Numbered from the stretch's first letter, positions 1 to 11,253 are shown. The stretch is 64,000 nt of DNA from an uncultured Gemmatimonadaceae bacterium (GCA_963843845.1 CAWJMB010000002.1:1-64000); one strand, 5' to 3'. The notes: generated from the letters alone by a model not told the origin. Program-made: numbers and translations.

Positions 1-2097
1 GCGGCAACCGCTTCTCGTTCATCGCCCCCGCCGGACAGGGGCGCCGCCCCGAGGTCCGCACCTACGACCCGGCCACCGGCCGCGACACGCCGCTGTTCAC
101 GAGCGACGGCCTGACGCTCCCCGGCGGCACGCGCCCGTTCGAGTACGAGCGCTTCCAGTTCTCGCGCGACTTCACGAACCTCGTCTTCCAGTCGAACGTC
201 CGGCCGATCTACCGCCGCTCGGGGATCGCCGACTTCTACGTCTACTCGCTGGCGTCGAAGCAGCTCCAGCTCGCCGGCAAGGACGCCCGCACGGCCGAGC
301 TCTCGCCCGACGGCCGGCTCCTCGGCGAGGAGCGCGGCGGCGACCTGTACGTCGTCGACATGGCGTCGAAGCAGGAGCGCCGCCTGACGAGCGACGCGAC
401 CGAGCACCGCTACAACGGCCACTTCGACTGGGTCTACGAGGAGGAGTTCGGGCTCGCCCAGGCGTGGGTCTGGTCGCCGGACAGCCGCCGCATCGCCTAC
501 TGGCAGATCGACGACAGCCGGGAGCCGCTCGCGCAGTTCACCGACTACAGCGGGCGCCACGAGACGTGGGACCGCATCGCCTACCCGCAGCCCGGCGACT
601 CGAACCCGACGGCGCGCGTCGGCGTCGTCGACGCGCGGACGGGGCGGCAGCTCGTGGCTCGACCCGAAGCAGAGCGGCGAGTTCTACATCCCGCGCATCT
701 ACTGGACGAGCCACCCCGACACGCTCGCCATGCTGACGCTGAACCGGCGGCAGAACGAGCTCCGGCTCCTCTTCTTCGACGTGAACACCGGCGGGATGCG
801 CGAGGTGCTCCGCGACTCGTCGAGCGCGTGGATCGACGTCTACGACTTCTACGCCGGGGTGCAGGACCTCATGACGTTCCCGGCGAACGCGCGCGAGTTC
901 TTCTGGGTCTCCGACCGCGACGGGCAGCAGCACATCTACCGCTACGACTACAGCGGGAAGCTCATCCGGCAGGTCACGAGCGGGCCGTGGAGCGTCACGC
1001 GCATCGAAGGCGTCGACCCGGCGAGCCGCACGATCTACTTCACGGGGACGAACCCGTCGCCGCTCGAGCGGCAGCTCTGGTCGGTGAAGTTCGACGGCTC
1101 CGCGCTCCGCCGCATCACGACGGCGCCGGGGACGCACACCATCGACATGGCGCCGAACGCGAAGTACTTCATCGACAGCTGGTCGTCGACGACGCGGCCG
1201 CGCCAGGTCGAGCTCTGGTCGACCGGCGACGCGGGGACGGGCGCGCCGCGCAAGCTGCGCACGCTCGAGACGAACGAGGCGACGACGCAGTGGCTCGCGA
1301 CGCACGAGTACGCGCCGACGGAGCTGATCACCTTCACGACGAGCGACGGCGTGACGCTCGACGCCTCGGTCATCAAGCCGGTGCCGTTCGACCCGGCGCA
1401 GGAAGTACCCGGTCGTGTTCGCGATCTACGGCGGCCCGGGCGCGCAGGGCGTCTACGACCGCTTCGGCGCGAACGGCTGGGAGCAGTGGCTCGCCCAGCA
1501 CGGCTACGTCGTCGTCAACGTGAACAACCGCGGCACGAACAACTACGGCCGCGACTTCATGAAGGTCGTCTACAAGAACCTCGGCAAGTACGAGGCGATG
1601 GACTTCGCGGAGACGGCGCGGTACCTCAAGACGCTGCCGTGGGTCGACGGCGACCGCATCGGCATCATGGGGACGAGCTACGGCGGCTACAGCACGCTGT
1701 TCGCGATGGAGCAGTACCCCGACCTCTTCTCGGCGTCGGCATCGCGAACTCGGGCGTCACCGACTGGCGACTGTACGACACGATCTACACCGAGCGCTAC
1801 ATGTCGACGCTCGACGACAATCGCGCCGGCTACGAGCAGAGCTCGGCGATCGTCAACGCGCCGAAGCTGCGCGGGAAGCTGCTCGTCATCCACGCGATGC
1901 TCGACGACAACGTGCACCCGCAGCACACGATGCAGCTCCTGACGGCGCTGACCGCCGCCGGGCAAGAGCGCCGAGCTGAAGATCTTCCCGCCGGGGCGGC
2001 ACGGGTCGGCGTACGACCGCACAGTGCGCGACTGATCGCAGAGGCGCAGTTCGAGTTCCTGGAGCGGAATCTCAAGGCGCCGCGCGCGGTGCAGTAG
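1..2097 (+). CDS. S9B family dipeptidyl peptidase IV-like protein (5' end outside window; several frameshifts)
   Basis: DPP-IV N-terminal motifs (DWVYEEE, WSPDS, YPQPG), nucleophile motif GTSYGG, DWRLYDTIYTERYM and DDNVH spread over ORFs 360..1523, 730..2097 and 1415..1942; frame changes near 650, 1400, 1735 and 1965. Confidence 0.9.
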
Positions 2098-2099
2098 AC

Positions 2100-2362
2100 G
2101 ACCGGCGTCGAGCTGCGGGTCGGTGGGGGCGGGGGCCGTACGGCGGTTTCTCTACGGCGGTACGGCGCCGTCGGTGAGGCGCCGGCGATACGGGCGCGGG
2201 AATCGGAAGTGGGCGGGCGGCATGGCCTGACGACTCGGACGGGCCGTTAGGCCACGCCGTTAGGCACCCTCCGCATCCCCGCCGACGGCGCCGTACCGCC
2301 AGCGCCGTCACGCCGTATCGACCCCGCAGCACCGTCCCCGTAACACCGACGGCGCCCCACCG
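2100..2362. repeat. Intergenic palindromic element between convergent genes (repeat family 2)
   Basis: 19-nt perfect inverted repeat 2156-2174 / 2282-2300; shares gaccggcgtcg and tcacgccgtatcg with 9101-9290; two CGTTAGGC octamers in the loop. Confidence 0.65.
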
Positions 2363-3186
2363 TCACCGCCGTTTCAGCTCGATCTGGTACATCTTCGCGT
2401 AGTTCTTCCCCGTCACGTACAGCTTGTCCGTCGCCGCGTCGTACGCGATGCCGTTCAGCACGTCCTCGCTCGCCGTTCTTGTCGGCCGGCGGCGAGGAGG
2501 CCCGGTGAGGTCGATCCAGCCGGTGACGGCGCCGGTCTCCGGGTCGATGCGCGCGATGCTGGGTGCTCTGCCAGACGTTCGCGAGGATCTCGCCCTTGTA
2601 CCATTCCAGCTCGTTGAGCTGCGAGACCGGCGACGCGCCGTCGTGCACGTCGATCGTGCGCTGCACGGCGAACGTCTTCGGGTCGAGCACGCGGATGCGC
2701 GCCGTGCCGTCGCTCATGTAGATCGACGTGCCGTCGGTCGTCAGCCCCCACCCCTCGCCGTAGTACGACAGCGTGTCCGGTCGGCGCGAACGTCTTGAGG
2801 TCGTAGACGAACGCCTTCTTGTCCTTCCACGTGAGCTGGTACAGCCGGTCGCCGAACGCGATGATCCCCTCGCCGAAGTACGGCGCCGGCAGCGCGCGCC
2901 GCTGCTCGACCGCGCCGGTCGCGAGGTCCGCGCGGCGGATGCTCGACTTTCCGTTCATGCCCCGTCCCCTCGAACAGCTCGCCGTCCCTGATGAACAGCC
3001 CTTCGGTGAACGCGTCGCGGATCGTGCGGCACGGTCGCGACGACGGTGAAGCCGTAGGTCGGCGTGCCGGCAGTCGTTGCACGCTGACGTCGCCGGGGCC
3101 GGCGTCGCCGTCGTGTCGCCGGCGGCCGCGCCCTGCTCGGTCGCGCAGCCGCCGAGGACGAGCAGAGAGCAGAGGAGGCGCTTCAT
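2363..3186 (-). CDS. Glutaminyl-peptide (glutamine) cyclotransferase, lipoprotein, frameshifted
   Basis: Lipobox-like LGGC; motifs AFTEGL, YFGEGI, LYQLTWK, MSDGT and LNELEW in ORFs 2455..5316, 2741..3082 and 2247..2717; ATG overlaps the mutS stop. Confidence 0.85.
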
Positions 3187-5900
3187 GACGTGAGTCCCCG
3201 GCAATTCGAGTGTGTCGCGCTTCGGTGTTGCAGCCGGGTGACGAGCTCCAGCGCCTGCATCGGCGTGAGGTGGTTCGGGTCGACCGACTGGAGCACCTCG
3301 ACCACGGGGTGCCGGGCGGGTGGCGGCGCGAACAGCGCGAGCTGATCGACCGCCGTGTGTCGGGGGGCGCGACTCGAGGACCGGGGGTCGGCGATCGGCG
3401 AGCGGGCGGTGGGCGTCGGCCCCGCTGCCCCGACCCCCGATCCCCGAATCGCCGCGCCGCTCTCGAGCAGCGCCAGCACCTCCTTCGCGCGCGCGATCAC
3501 CGGCGCCGGCAGCCCCGCCAGCCGCCCGACCTCGATGCCGTACGAGCGGTCGGCGCCGCCGGGCACGAGGCGGTGCAGAAAGAGCACCTGGTCGCCGACC
3601 TCGCGCACCGCGACCGTGAAGTTGCGTACCGCCGGCAGCTCGTCGGCGAGCTGCACGAGCTCGTGATAGTGCGTCGCGAAGATCGTCTTGCAGCCGATCA
3701 CGTCGTGCAGGTGCTCGCTCACGCTCCACGCGATCGACACGCCGTCGTACGTGCTCGTGCCGCGGCCGATCTCGTCGAGCAGCACGAGCGACCGGCGCGT
3801 CGCCGTGTTCAGGATCGCGCTCGTCTCGGTCATCTCGACCATGAACGTCGACTGGCCGCGCACGAGGTTGTCGCTCGCCCCCACGCGCGTGAACAGCCGG
3901 TCGACGAGCCCGACCGTCGCGCGCGGCGGCCGGCACGAAGCTCCCGATCTGCGCCATGAGCACGATGAGCCCGACCTGGCGCAGGATCGTGCTCTTGCCG
4001 GCCATGTTCGGCCCGGTCAGGATGACGAGGCGCGCGTCGTCGGTGAGGCGCACGTCGTTCGGAATGAACTGCTCGCGCGCCATCATCCGCTCGACGACCG
4101 GGTGCCGCCCGCCGACGATCTCGAGGTCGAAGCCGTCGGTCAGCGTCGGGCGCACGTAGCCCTCCCGCTCGGCGACCTCGGCGAGCGCGGCGAGCACGTC
4201 GAGCTCCGCGAGACATCCGGCGACCGCGCTGCAGCCGCGCGATCTCGTGCCCGGCCTCGGCGCGCAGCGCCTCGAACAGCTCGCGCTCGCGCGTCTCGAT
4301 CCGCTCCGCGGCCGTGAGCACGCGCTCCTCGTACGCCTTGAGCGCCGGCGTGACGTAGCGCTCGCCGTTCGTGAGCGTCTGCCGCCGCTGATAGTCGGCG
4401 GGCACCCGCTCGCGGTGCGCGTTCGAGATCTCGATGAAGTAGCCGAACACGCGGTTGTAGCCGACCTTGAGCGACGCGATCCCCGTCCGCTCGCGCTCGG
4501 TCGCCTGGATCTCGGCGATCGCGTCCTTGCCGCCGTCGCGCAGCGCGCGCAGCGCGTCGAGCTCGCCGTCGACCCCCGCCGCGATCGTCGCCTCGTCGCC
4601 GAGCTGCAGCGGCGGGCGGTCGAACGAGCAGGCGGGTGATGGCGGCGCAGAGCTCGCCGCAGTCGTCCCAGTGGCGGGCGAGGTCGTCGAGCCGGCCGGC
4701 GGAGCGCTGCGCGCTGCGCGCTGCGCTCGTCAGGCGCGCCAGCGCCTCCCGCACCGCCGGCAGGCGCCCGAGCGAGTCGCCCAACGCCCGCAGCTCGCGC
4801 GGCGTCGCCCGCCCGGCCGCCGCCTTCGACGCGAGGCGCTCGACGTCGCGCACGCCGTCGAGCGCATCGCGCAGCATCGTGCGGCCGATCGCGTGCCCTG
4901 CGGCCGTCGCGACCGCGTCGAGGCGCGCGTCGATCGCGTCGCGGCAGACGAGCGGGGCGAGCAGCCACTGGCGCAGCAGGCGCGCGCCCATCGGCGTCGC
5001 CGTGCGATCGAGCACGCCGAACAGCGTCCCCGTCTCCTCGGCGTGCCCGGCCCCCGCCGCCGGGCGGAGCGACTCGACCAGCTCGAGGTTGCGGCGCGTC
5101 ATCTCGTCGAGCGGCATCGTGCCGCCGGGGCGTTCGACGATCGGACGCGCGAGGTGGGGAACGCCGCCGGGCTGCAGCTCGCGCAGATAGCGCAGCAGCG
5201 CCCCCGCCGCGCCGACCGCCTGGGCGTCGGCTTGCACGACGCCCAGGCCGTCGACCGACTGGATGGCGTATTGCCGCGCGAGGTCGTCGCCGGCGAGCGA
5301 CGGGTCGAACTCCCACCCCTCGCGCTCGGTCACGAGCACGGTGCCGAACGACAGCGGAACCGACGCCACGCCGCGCGGCAACAGGATCTCGCGCGGCGCG
5401 AGGCGGGCGAGCAGCGCGTCGGCGTCGGAGATCGCCACGGTCGCGAGGCGCAGCTCGCCGGTCGACACGTCGGCGGCGGCGACACCGACCGTTCTTCCAT
5501 CGGGCGCGATGGCGGCGGCGCAGAGAAAGTTGTTGCGCGCGCCGTCGAGCAGGTCGTCGGCGAACACGGCGCCGGGGGTGATCGTCTCGACGATCTCGCG
5601 CTTCACCACGCCCTTCGCGAGGCGCGGGTCCTCGATCTGCTCACAGACCGAGACGCGGTACCCTTTCGCGACCAGGCGCCGCAGATACTCGGGGAGCGCG
5701 CGCACCGGCACGCCGGCGAGCGGCACCTCCGCCGCCCCGCCGTTGTTGCGCGACGTGAGCGTGAGCCCGAGCACGCGCGACGCGATCTCGGCGTCGCCGT
5801 AGAACGTCTCGTAGAAGTCGCCGCACCGGTACAGCAGGATCGTGTCGGGCTGCTTCGCCTTCATCTCCCGCCACTGCTGCATCATCGGCGTGTCGACCAT
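3183..5900 (-). CDS. mutS: DNA mismatch repair protein MutS (frameshifts near 4620, 4225 and 3925)
   Basis: [53 protein letters not shown] and SYGIEVG motifs. Confidence 0.95.
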
Positions 5901-6113
5901 CGGGGCGGGCACTGCGTCGAGGAGAGGTGTAGCGGCGTGGCGCTCGGTGCGTCGTCCGCGCGCGGCTCCGGAGACTAACCCGCCCTGGGGTGTTGCGGCA
6001 GCCAGCGTGCGGGCGCGTCGCGGCCGGTGCCGCGCGGCCGTCACAACGCGATCGGGGCTCCCTGGTGGGGAGCCCCGATCTACGCACCGTGCGGCCGCCG
6101 GCCGCGTCGAGAG

Positions 6114-6680
6114 TCAGGCGCTGCGGCGCCGGCGCGCGATCCCGCCGATGGCGAGCAGGCCGCTCGCGAGCATCACGTACGTCGCCGGCTCGGGGGTGGT
6201 GGTCACGGCCTGCGTGATCTCGAAGAACGCCGCGCCGTCCTCGAAGCCGGGGGCGTTCGCTTCGACGCGGATGTCGAACGCGTAGCTGCCGGCCGCCAGC
6301 ATGAACATCGCCTGGCTGTGGGCCGCCGACGCACGGCACGCCGTGATGTCGCTTCCGCACGAGCCTCCAGCCGTCGGCGCCGAGGTGGTGCCGATCAGCG
6401 TCGCGCCGTTCAACAGCGCGAACCGGTCGCCGCTGGCGAATCCGTCGACGATCGTGAACGTGAACGGAGTCGCCGACGTGAACGTGAACGCGGGGTTGGG
6501 CGCCGCGATGCTCGACGGATTGATGCCGAGCACGAATCCGCTCCCCGAGACGGCGAGCGTTCCCGCCAGGCCGAATCCGAACGTGTACCACTGATTGGCC
6601 ACGATCGGGTCGGCCGACGCGGTCGTGGTGAGGGCGGCGAGTGCGAACAGCGTCGCGGACAGCTGTCTGGCGAGGCGCAT
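6114..6680 (-). CDS. PEP-CTERM sorting-domain secreted protein
   Basis: Signal peptide ending ASA; C-terminal TTPEPATYVMLASGLLAIGGIARRRR (PEP, TM helix, basic cluster). Confidence 0.9.
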   Translation of the reverse strand: MRLARQLSATLFALAALTTTASADPIVANQWYTFGFGLAGTLAVSGSGFVLGINPSSIAAPNPAFTFTSATPFTFTIVDGFASGDRFALLNGATLIGTTSAPTAGGSCGSDITACRASAAHSQAMFMLAAGSYAFDIRVEANAPGFEDGAAFFEITQAVTTTPEPATYVMLASGLLAIGGIARRRRSA

Positions 6681-6870
6681 GGTCAGTCGAATGGAGGAGC
6701 GAGCGGGACCGTCACCGCAGGCGACGGACGAGGGGAGGAGGAAGCATCCGGTCGGTCGACGCGCCGAGCTCTTCCGTTCGCCAATGTGTCCCTCGCCGAT
6801 CGAATGCACAAGAACAATCCTTCCCGCGCTCCGCCGAGTCGCGGCCCGCCGTATGACCGCGCTGGTGGGG

Positions 6871-7785
6871 CTACTGCCGGGTCGACGACGTCGCGATGAA
6901 GCCAGCGAGCCCCTTCGCCTTCAGCGTCCGCTGCGCCGTCGCGGCCTCGGTGCGCGTGGCATAGCGGCCGATGCGCACGCGGAACGGCGCGGTGTCGGGA
7001 AGCCGGCCGCCGGCTTCGACGCGGGCGTCGAGCCCGCGCGCCGCGAGCCGCGCGGCCAGCGCCGCCGCGTCGGCGCGGGTGTCGTAGGCGGCGACTTGCA
7101 CGGTGAAGCGCCCGACAGCGTCGGACGCGACCGGCGGTGCGACCGGCGGCGCGGTCGCGGCGGGCGTCGTCGCGGGGGAAGCGGTCGCCGCTCCCACGGA
7201 GACGGTGAGCGTGCACCGCGGCACCCGCGCGCGCAGCGCGACGACCTGGCGCGCGAGGTCGCCGCCCGGCTCGCTCACGCCGGCCGCGGCGTTCAGCGCG
7301 TCGCAGGCGCCACGCGGGTCGTTCGCGTCGAGTGCGGCGCGGGCGAGCCAGTAGTGCGCACGCGCCTGCGACGGGCGGTCGGTGTGGTCGCGCAGCAGCC
7401 GCCCCAGGTGATCACGCGCCGCCGAGGGGTCGCTGCGCACGAGGTCGAGCTGGGCGAGGCGGATCAGCGCGTCGGCGCCGCGCGGCGAGCCCGCGTACTC
7501 GACGGCGAGCTGCCGGTAGTCGCGTTCCGCGTCGGCCGAGCGCTCGGCGAGTGTGGCGCGCCAGTAGAGGGCTTCGGCGTAGGCGGGGGTCCCCGGCGTC
7601 GCGGCGGCGAGCACCGTGTCGACGAGGGCACGGCCCAGCGCACCGTTACCGCCGCTCACGAGCCGGCGGGCGCGCGCGAAGCTCGCGGCCTGGCTGCTGT
7701 CGAGCCCCGCCGGCGCGGCGGAGGCGGGCGGCTGGGCGGCGGCCGTCGTCGCGGTGAGGGCGAGGGCGAAGGGGAGAAGACGCAT
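6871..7785 (-). CDS. Secreted TPR-like + SPOR domain protein
   Basis: Signal peptide; helical repeats (AEALYWRA, ADALIRLAQ, AHYWLARA); C-terminal FTVQVAAY...FRVRIGRY SPOR pattern. Confidence 0.8.
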   Translation of the reverse strand: MRLLPFALALTATTAAAQPPASAAPAGLDSSQAASFARARRLVSGGNGALGRALVDTVLAAATPGTPAYAEALYWRATLAERSADAERDYRQLAVEYAGSPRGADALIRLAQLDLVRSDPSAARDHLGRLLRDHTDRPSQARAHYWLARAALDANDPRGACDALNAAAGVSEPGGDLARQVVALRARVPRCTLTVSVGAATASPATTPAATAPPVAPPVASDAVGRFTVQVAAYDTRADAAALAARLAARGLDARVEAGGRLPDTAPFRVRIGRYATRTEAATAQRTLKAKGLAGFIATSSTRQ

Positions 7786-7828
7786 CCGGCGGAGACGGCG
7801 TGCTGCGAGCGTGGAGCTGCAACATACT

Positions 7829-7992
7829 ACCGCGGTCGAACGGCGGTGATACGGTTCGACGCACTCCGGACGAGGAAGGGCGGTAGCTACAGACGACCGC
7901 CGGCACGTTCCGCCGTCGCTCATCCGCCATCCGCTCTCACGGCTCCGTATCCCCGCCATTTCACCGCGGTGAAGCAGCGGCTCGACCGCGGT
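7829..7992. repeat. REP/REPIN-like palindromic element, family 1, copy A
   Basis: cgaacggcggtgatacggttcgacgcactccggacgaggaa followed by a degenerate inverted copy; homologous to 17758-17983, 18510-18830 and 32071-32354. Confidence 0.75.
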
Positions 7993-8006
7993 GGACCCGC
8001 CGTCCG

Positions 8007-9074
8007 TCAGCGACCCGCAGGCTCCGCGCACAGCGCGAGCACGAGCGACGCGAGCGTCTGCTCGTCGCTCGACAGCTTGGACTCTTTCAACGACGCGTCC
8101 GCCTCGAGCAGCAGATCGAGCGCCCGGTCGAGCGCCGGCGCCGACCACCGGTCGACGTTGGCGGTCCAGGCGTTCACCGCCTCGCCCCACGGCCGGCCGG
8201 GATACGCGCTCCCTTCTTTCATCAGCGTCCAGTACTCGCGCGCGAGCTGCCCCGGGTTCGTGCCGCGCTCGCGCATCGCCTGCCCCCACGCGAGCGCGAT
8301 GAACTGCGTGCCGAGCGCCATGACGACCGTGACGGCCGACGCCTTCGGCTGGGACAGCACGTGCTCGACGAGCCCGAGCGCGGTCGTCGCGTCGCGCCGC
8401 GCGACGGCGTCGAGGAGGTCGCCCAACGTCTCACCTCGCCGCACGCCGACGACGTCGGCGACCGCCTGCTCGTCGATCACGACGGCGCCGGTCGCCCCGC
8501 TCTCGGCCCGCCCGCGCGCGTAGCTCGCGAGCTTGTCGATCTCGCCGGTGAGCTGCACGAGGTCGTTGCCGACGGCGCTCGCGAGCAGGTCGGCGACGCC
8601 ATCGGCCAGCTCGACGCCTCCCTCGCGTCGGGCCCATTTCGCGAGCCACGCCGTCAGCTCGTCGCCGTCGAGCGGGCGGAAGTCGATCGCCGTGGCGCGG
8701 TCGAGCAACGTCTTGTCCGGCTTCGCGCCGGCGGCGGCGACGAGCACGAGCACGGTGTCCGAGGCGGGGCGCGCGAGATAGCGGTCGAGCGCGGCGCGCG
8801 CGTCCTTCTTCAGCGCTCCGGTGTCGCGCACCGCGACGAGGCGGCGCTCGGCGAGCATGGGGGGGGTGCCCAACAGGGTGCCCAACGTCTCGGCGTCGAG
8901 CTCGGCGCCGCGTCGCACCTCGACGTTGAAGTCGCGCATCGCCGGCTCGACGGCAGCGGCGGCGACGGCCTTCAGGGCGCCGTCCTTCCGGAAGTCGTCG
9001 TCGCCGTGAAAGTAGTAGACGGGATCGAACTGGCCGCGCTTGAGGGCAGCGTTCAGGTCGCGCGTGGTGGGCAT
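8007..9074 (-). CDS. holA: DNA polymerase III delta subunit
   Basis: PVYYFHGDDDF, PPMLAERRLVAV, GNDLVQLTGEIDKL and LLEADASLK motifs; 355 aa. Confidence 0.9.
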   Translation of the reverse strand: MPTTRDLNAALKRGQFDPVYYFHGDDDFRKDGALKAVAAAAVEPAMRDFNVEVRRGAELDAETLGTLLGTPPMLAERRLVAVRDTGALKKDARAALDRYLARPASDTVLVLVAAAGAKPDKTLLDRATAIDFRPLDGDELTAWLAKWARREGGVELADGVADLLASAVGNDLVQLTGEIDKLASYARGRAESGATGAVVIDEQAVADVVGVRRGETLGDLLDAVARRDATTALGLVEHVLSQPKASAVTVVMALGTQFIALAWGQAMRERGTNPGQLAREYWTLMKEGSAYPGRPWGEAVNAWTANVDRWSAPALDRALDLLLEADASLKESKLSSDEQTLASLVLALCAEPAGR

Positions 9075-9100
9075 TCGTCAACGTAACGAGCGACTTCGCT

Positions 9101-9290
9101 GACCGGCGTCGGGGTCGCGCGGCGCTGCACCCACGTCCGGTCTCACGCCGTATCGTCAGCGCCGTATCGTCAGCGCCGTATCGTCAGCGCCGTATCGTCA
9201 GCGCCGTATCGTCAGCGCCGTCACCGCCAGCGCGTGTCCGCCGTCGGGTCACCGTCGGATCGACCCCGCCGTACCGACCCCGCCGGTCGA
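9101..9290. repeat. Intergenic element (family 2) containing 5 perfect copies of a 14-bp tandem repeat
   Basis: cgccgtatcgtcag x5 at 9146-9215; ends gaccggcgtcggggtcg and cgaccccgccggtc are imperfect inverted repeats. Confidence 0.85.
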
Positions 9291-9296
9291 TAGGAC

Positions 9297-9890
9297 TCAC
9301 CAGCTCGCCAAGAGCAGCTGCGCCCCGACCATCCTCGTCGGCGCCTGGTCGGCGAGCAGCGCAGCCGGCCACACCGGAATCCCCGTCGATGCTCCCGTCA
9401 ACAGCGCCGGCGGCACGAAGTCCGGCAGCGGCGCTACCTCGGGCGCCGTCGCGAGCACCGGCGCGAGCACCGCGTCCCGGGTCTCCGCATTCCACTGCCT
9501 CGCCCGGTCGCCGGCGTACGTCAACGCGACGAGCCCCGCCGCGACGGCGGCGAGGCGGCGGCGAGCGGCGGGGCTGACGACAGCGGCGCGAAAGGCATCG
9601 AACCGGTTCGGCGCCCACTCGTCACCGAACGGCACGACGCCGTCGTCCGGGACCGCGGCGCGCCCGCAGCGCACGTCGTCAAGCCGCGCCGCCAGCCGCG
9701 CCGAGAAATCGGCAGAGAGCTCGACCCTCGGGAGGTTGCGGGCGAGGAGCAGCGCGCGCCGGACCGCCGTGTCGTGCGACGCGCACCCCGCACATTCCAG
9801 TCGATGCCGTTCCGCGGTGACGAGCAGCTCCCCGGGGAGCGTGTCGTCGAGATACGCCACGTGATGTTTGCGGAACGTGCGACAGTCCAT
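9297..9890 (-). CDS. Zinc-binding (zf-HC2/ZAS) anti-sigma factor-like membrane protein
   Basis: MDC...HRLECAGC fits C-x(n)-HxxxCxxC; single hydrophobic segment; downstream of an ECF sigma. Confidence 0.75.
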   Translation of the reverse strand: MDCRTFRKHHVAYLDDTLPGELLVTAERHRLECAGCASHDTAVRRALLLARNLPRVELSADFSARLAARLDDVRCGRAAVPDDGVVPFGDEWAPNRFDAFRAAVVSPAARRRLAAVAAGLVALTYAGDRARQWNAETRDAVLAPVLATAPEVAPLPDFVPPALLTGASTGIPVWPAALLADQAPTRMVGAQLLLASW

Positions 9891-10026
9891 CGGAACGGCA
9901 CAGATCGAGGAACGAGGCGCCGTCGTCGACGGGAAGACCGTGTCGCGCGGCGCGAAGAACGTGTCCCCGATACCCACCTCGCAGCAAGGCGTTCCGTAGT
10001 TCCCCGCGGTGCACGGCGGTGCCGCG

Positions 10027-11253
10027 TCACAGGAAGCGCAGCCACGAGTCCGGGCGCCGGGCCTTCAGCGCACCGTACCAGCGACAGCACGGGTAGGCGA
10101 GCAGCACGACGGCGATCCACGCGGCGTAGACCCACGGCAGGCTCGATGGCCACCCCGGCGGCTGCGTTACCGGGAAGCGCCCCAGGTTCGGCGACTCGAC
10201 CATCGGGCGGATGGTGCCGTAGCGCGCCGCGCTCGCGACGACGGCCATCAGGTGCAGCAGCGTGAAGTGCAGCAGGAAGTAGAACAGCGGCACGCGCCCG
10301 AACACGAGCGCGGCCTCGAGCGCGCGCCGGGTCCTGTCGCGCCGCTGCCCGTCGAGCGCCACGTCGGCGGCGGCGAGCAGGAGGAGCGCGGGACCGAGCG
10401 TCATGAGGAGGAAGAGGAGCGACGGCGGGTACTTCGTGGTGTTCACGAAGGAGAGCGCCGTGAACGCCGCCGTCGGCTGCGGCGCCCATCGCTGCGGATC
10501 GCCGTAGCCGTTCAGCGCGCGCAGCAGCACGAAGGCGACGGTGAGCCCCGCGCCGATGCGCCAGAGCAGGCGCCGGCGGCGCTCGGGCGGCCAGCCGATC
10601 ACCGCGCCGAGCGCGTAGCCGACCGCCATGACGCCGATCCACGGCACGAGCGGGTACGCGACGAGCACGACGACGCGCGGCGTGTTCACGAGAAAGCCCG
10701 GCTGGTGCAGCGCGACCCAGAGCGGGGCGAGCGCGCCGAACGTCGCCGGTGCGACCCCGTCCGCGAGGTCATGCAGCGCGATCATCGCGACCCCGATCGT
10801 CGCGACGACCGCGGTCGGGAGCCGGACGAGCCCCGCGAGCGCGACCATCGACCAGCCGAGCACCCAGATGACGTTGAGGACCGTGACGCGGTAGTCGACG
10901 TTGAACTGGACGAGGAAGCGGAAGAGCGTCGGGTCGAGCACGACGAGCAGCAGTCCGCGCTCCAGCAGGTAGCGCGACAGCTCGGCCGGCGTGCGCCGCC
11001 GTCGCGACAGGTACGCGCCGACGCCGGTGAGGAGCGAGAAGACCGGCGCGCAGAGGTGCGTGACCCAGCGCGTGAGGAACAGCGCCGCGCTCGCGGTCGC
11101 CAGGTCCGTCGGGTTCGCGGCCGCGTCGCCGAAGTAGTCGCGCGCATGGTCGAGCGCCATGAGGATCATGACGACGCCGCGGAGCAGGTCGACCGCGTCG
11201 ACGCGCGCGGGACGCGCCTCGGCGAGAGGCTCGTGGCGGGCAGGGTGGGACAT
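10027..11253 (-). CDS. DUF1624 / heparan-alpha-glucosaminide N-acetyltransferase-like membrane protein
   Basis: RVDAVDLLRGVVMILMALDH, RWVTHLCAP, KYPPSL and FGRVPLFYF motifs; multiple TM segments. Confidence 0.85.
   Translation of the reverse strand: MSHPARHEPLAEARPARVDAVDLLRGVVMILMALDHARDYFGDAAANPTDLATASAALFLTRWVTHLCAPVFSLLTGVGAYLSRRRRTPAELSRYLLERGLLLVVLDPTLFRFLVQFNVDYRVTVLNVIWVLGWSMVALAGLVRLPTAVVATIGVAMIALHDLADGVAPATFGALAPLWVALHQPGFLVNTPRVVVLVAYPLVPWIGVMAVGYALGAVIGWPPERRRRLLWRIGAGLTVAFVLLRALNGYGDPQRWAPQPTAAFTALSFVNTTKYPPSLLFLLMTLGPALLLLAAADVALDGQRRDRTRRALEAALVFGRVPLFYFLLHFTLLHLMAVVASAARYGTIRPMVESPNLGRFPVTQPPGWPSSLPWVYAAWIAVVLLAYPCCRWYGALKARRPDSWLRFL

Noticed and set aside
3183..5900. mutS as a true pseudogene (hypermutator)
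   Set aside because: Similar single-base frame breaks occur in at least seven other unrelated genes with otherwise intact motifs and codon bias; long-read indel error is more parsimonious. Needs read-level confirmation.
6681..6870. Sigma-54 promoter for the PEP-CTERM gene
   Set aside because: No convincing GG-N10-GC consensus with correct flanks; no exosortase or PrsK/PrsR genes in the window.
9146..9215. 14-bp repeats as CRISPR or iterons
   Set aside because: Perfect head-to-tail tandem with no spacers and no rep gene; best treated as a minisatellite.
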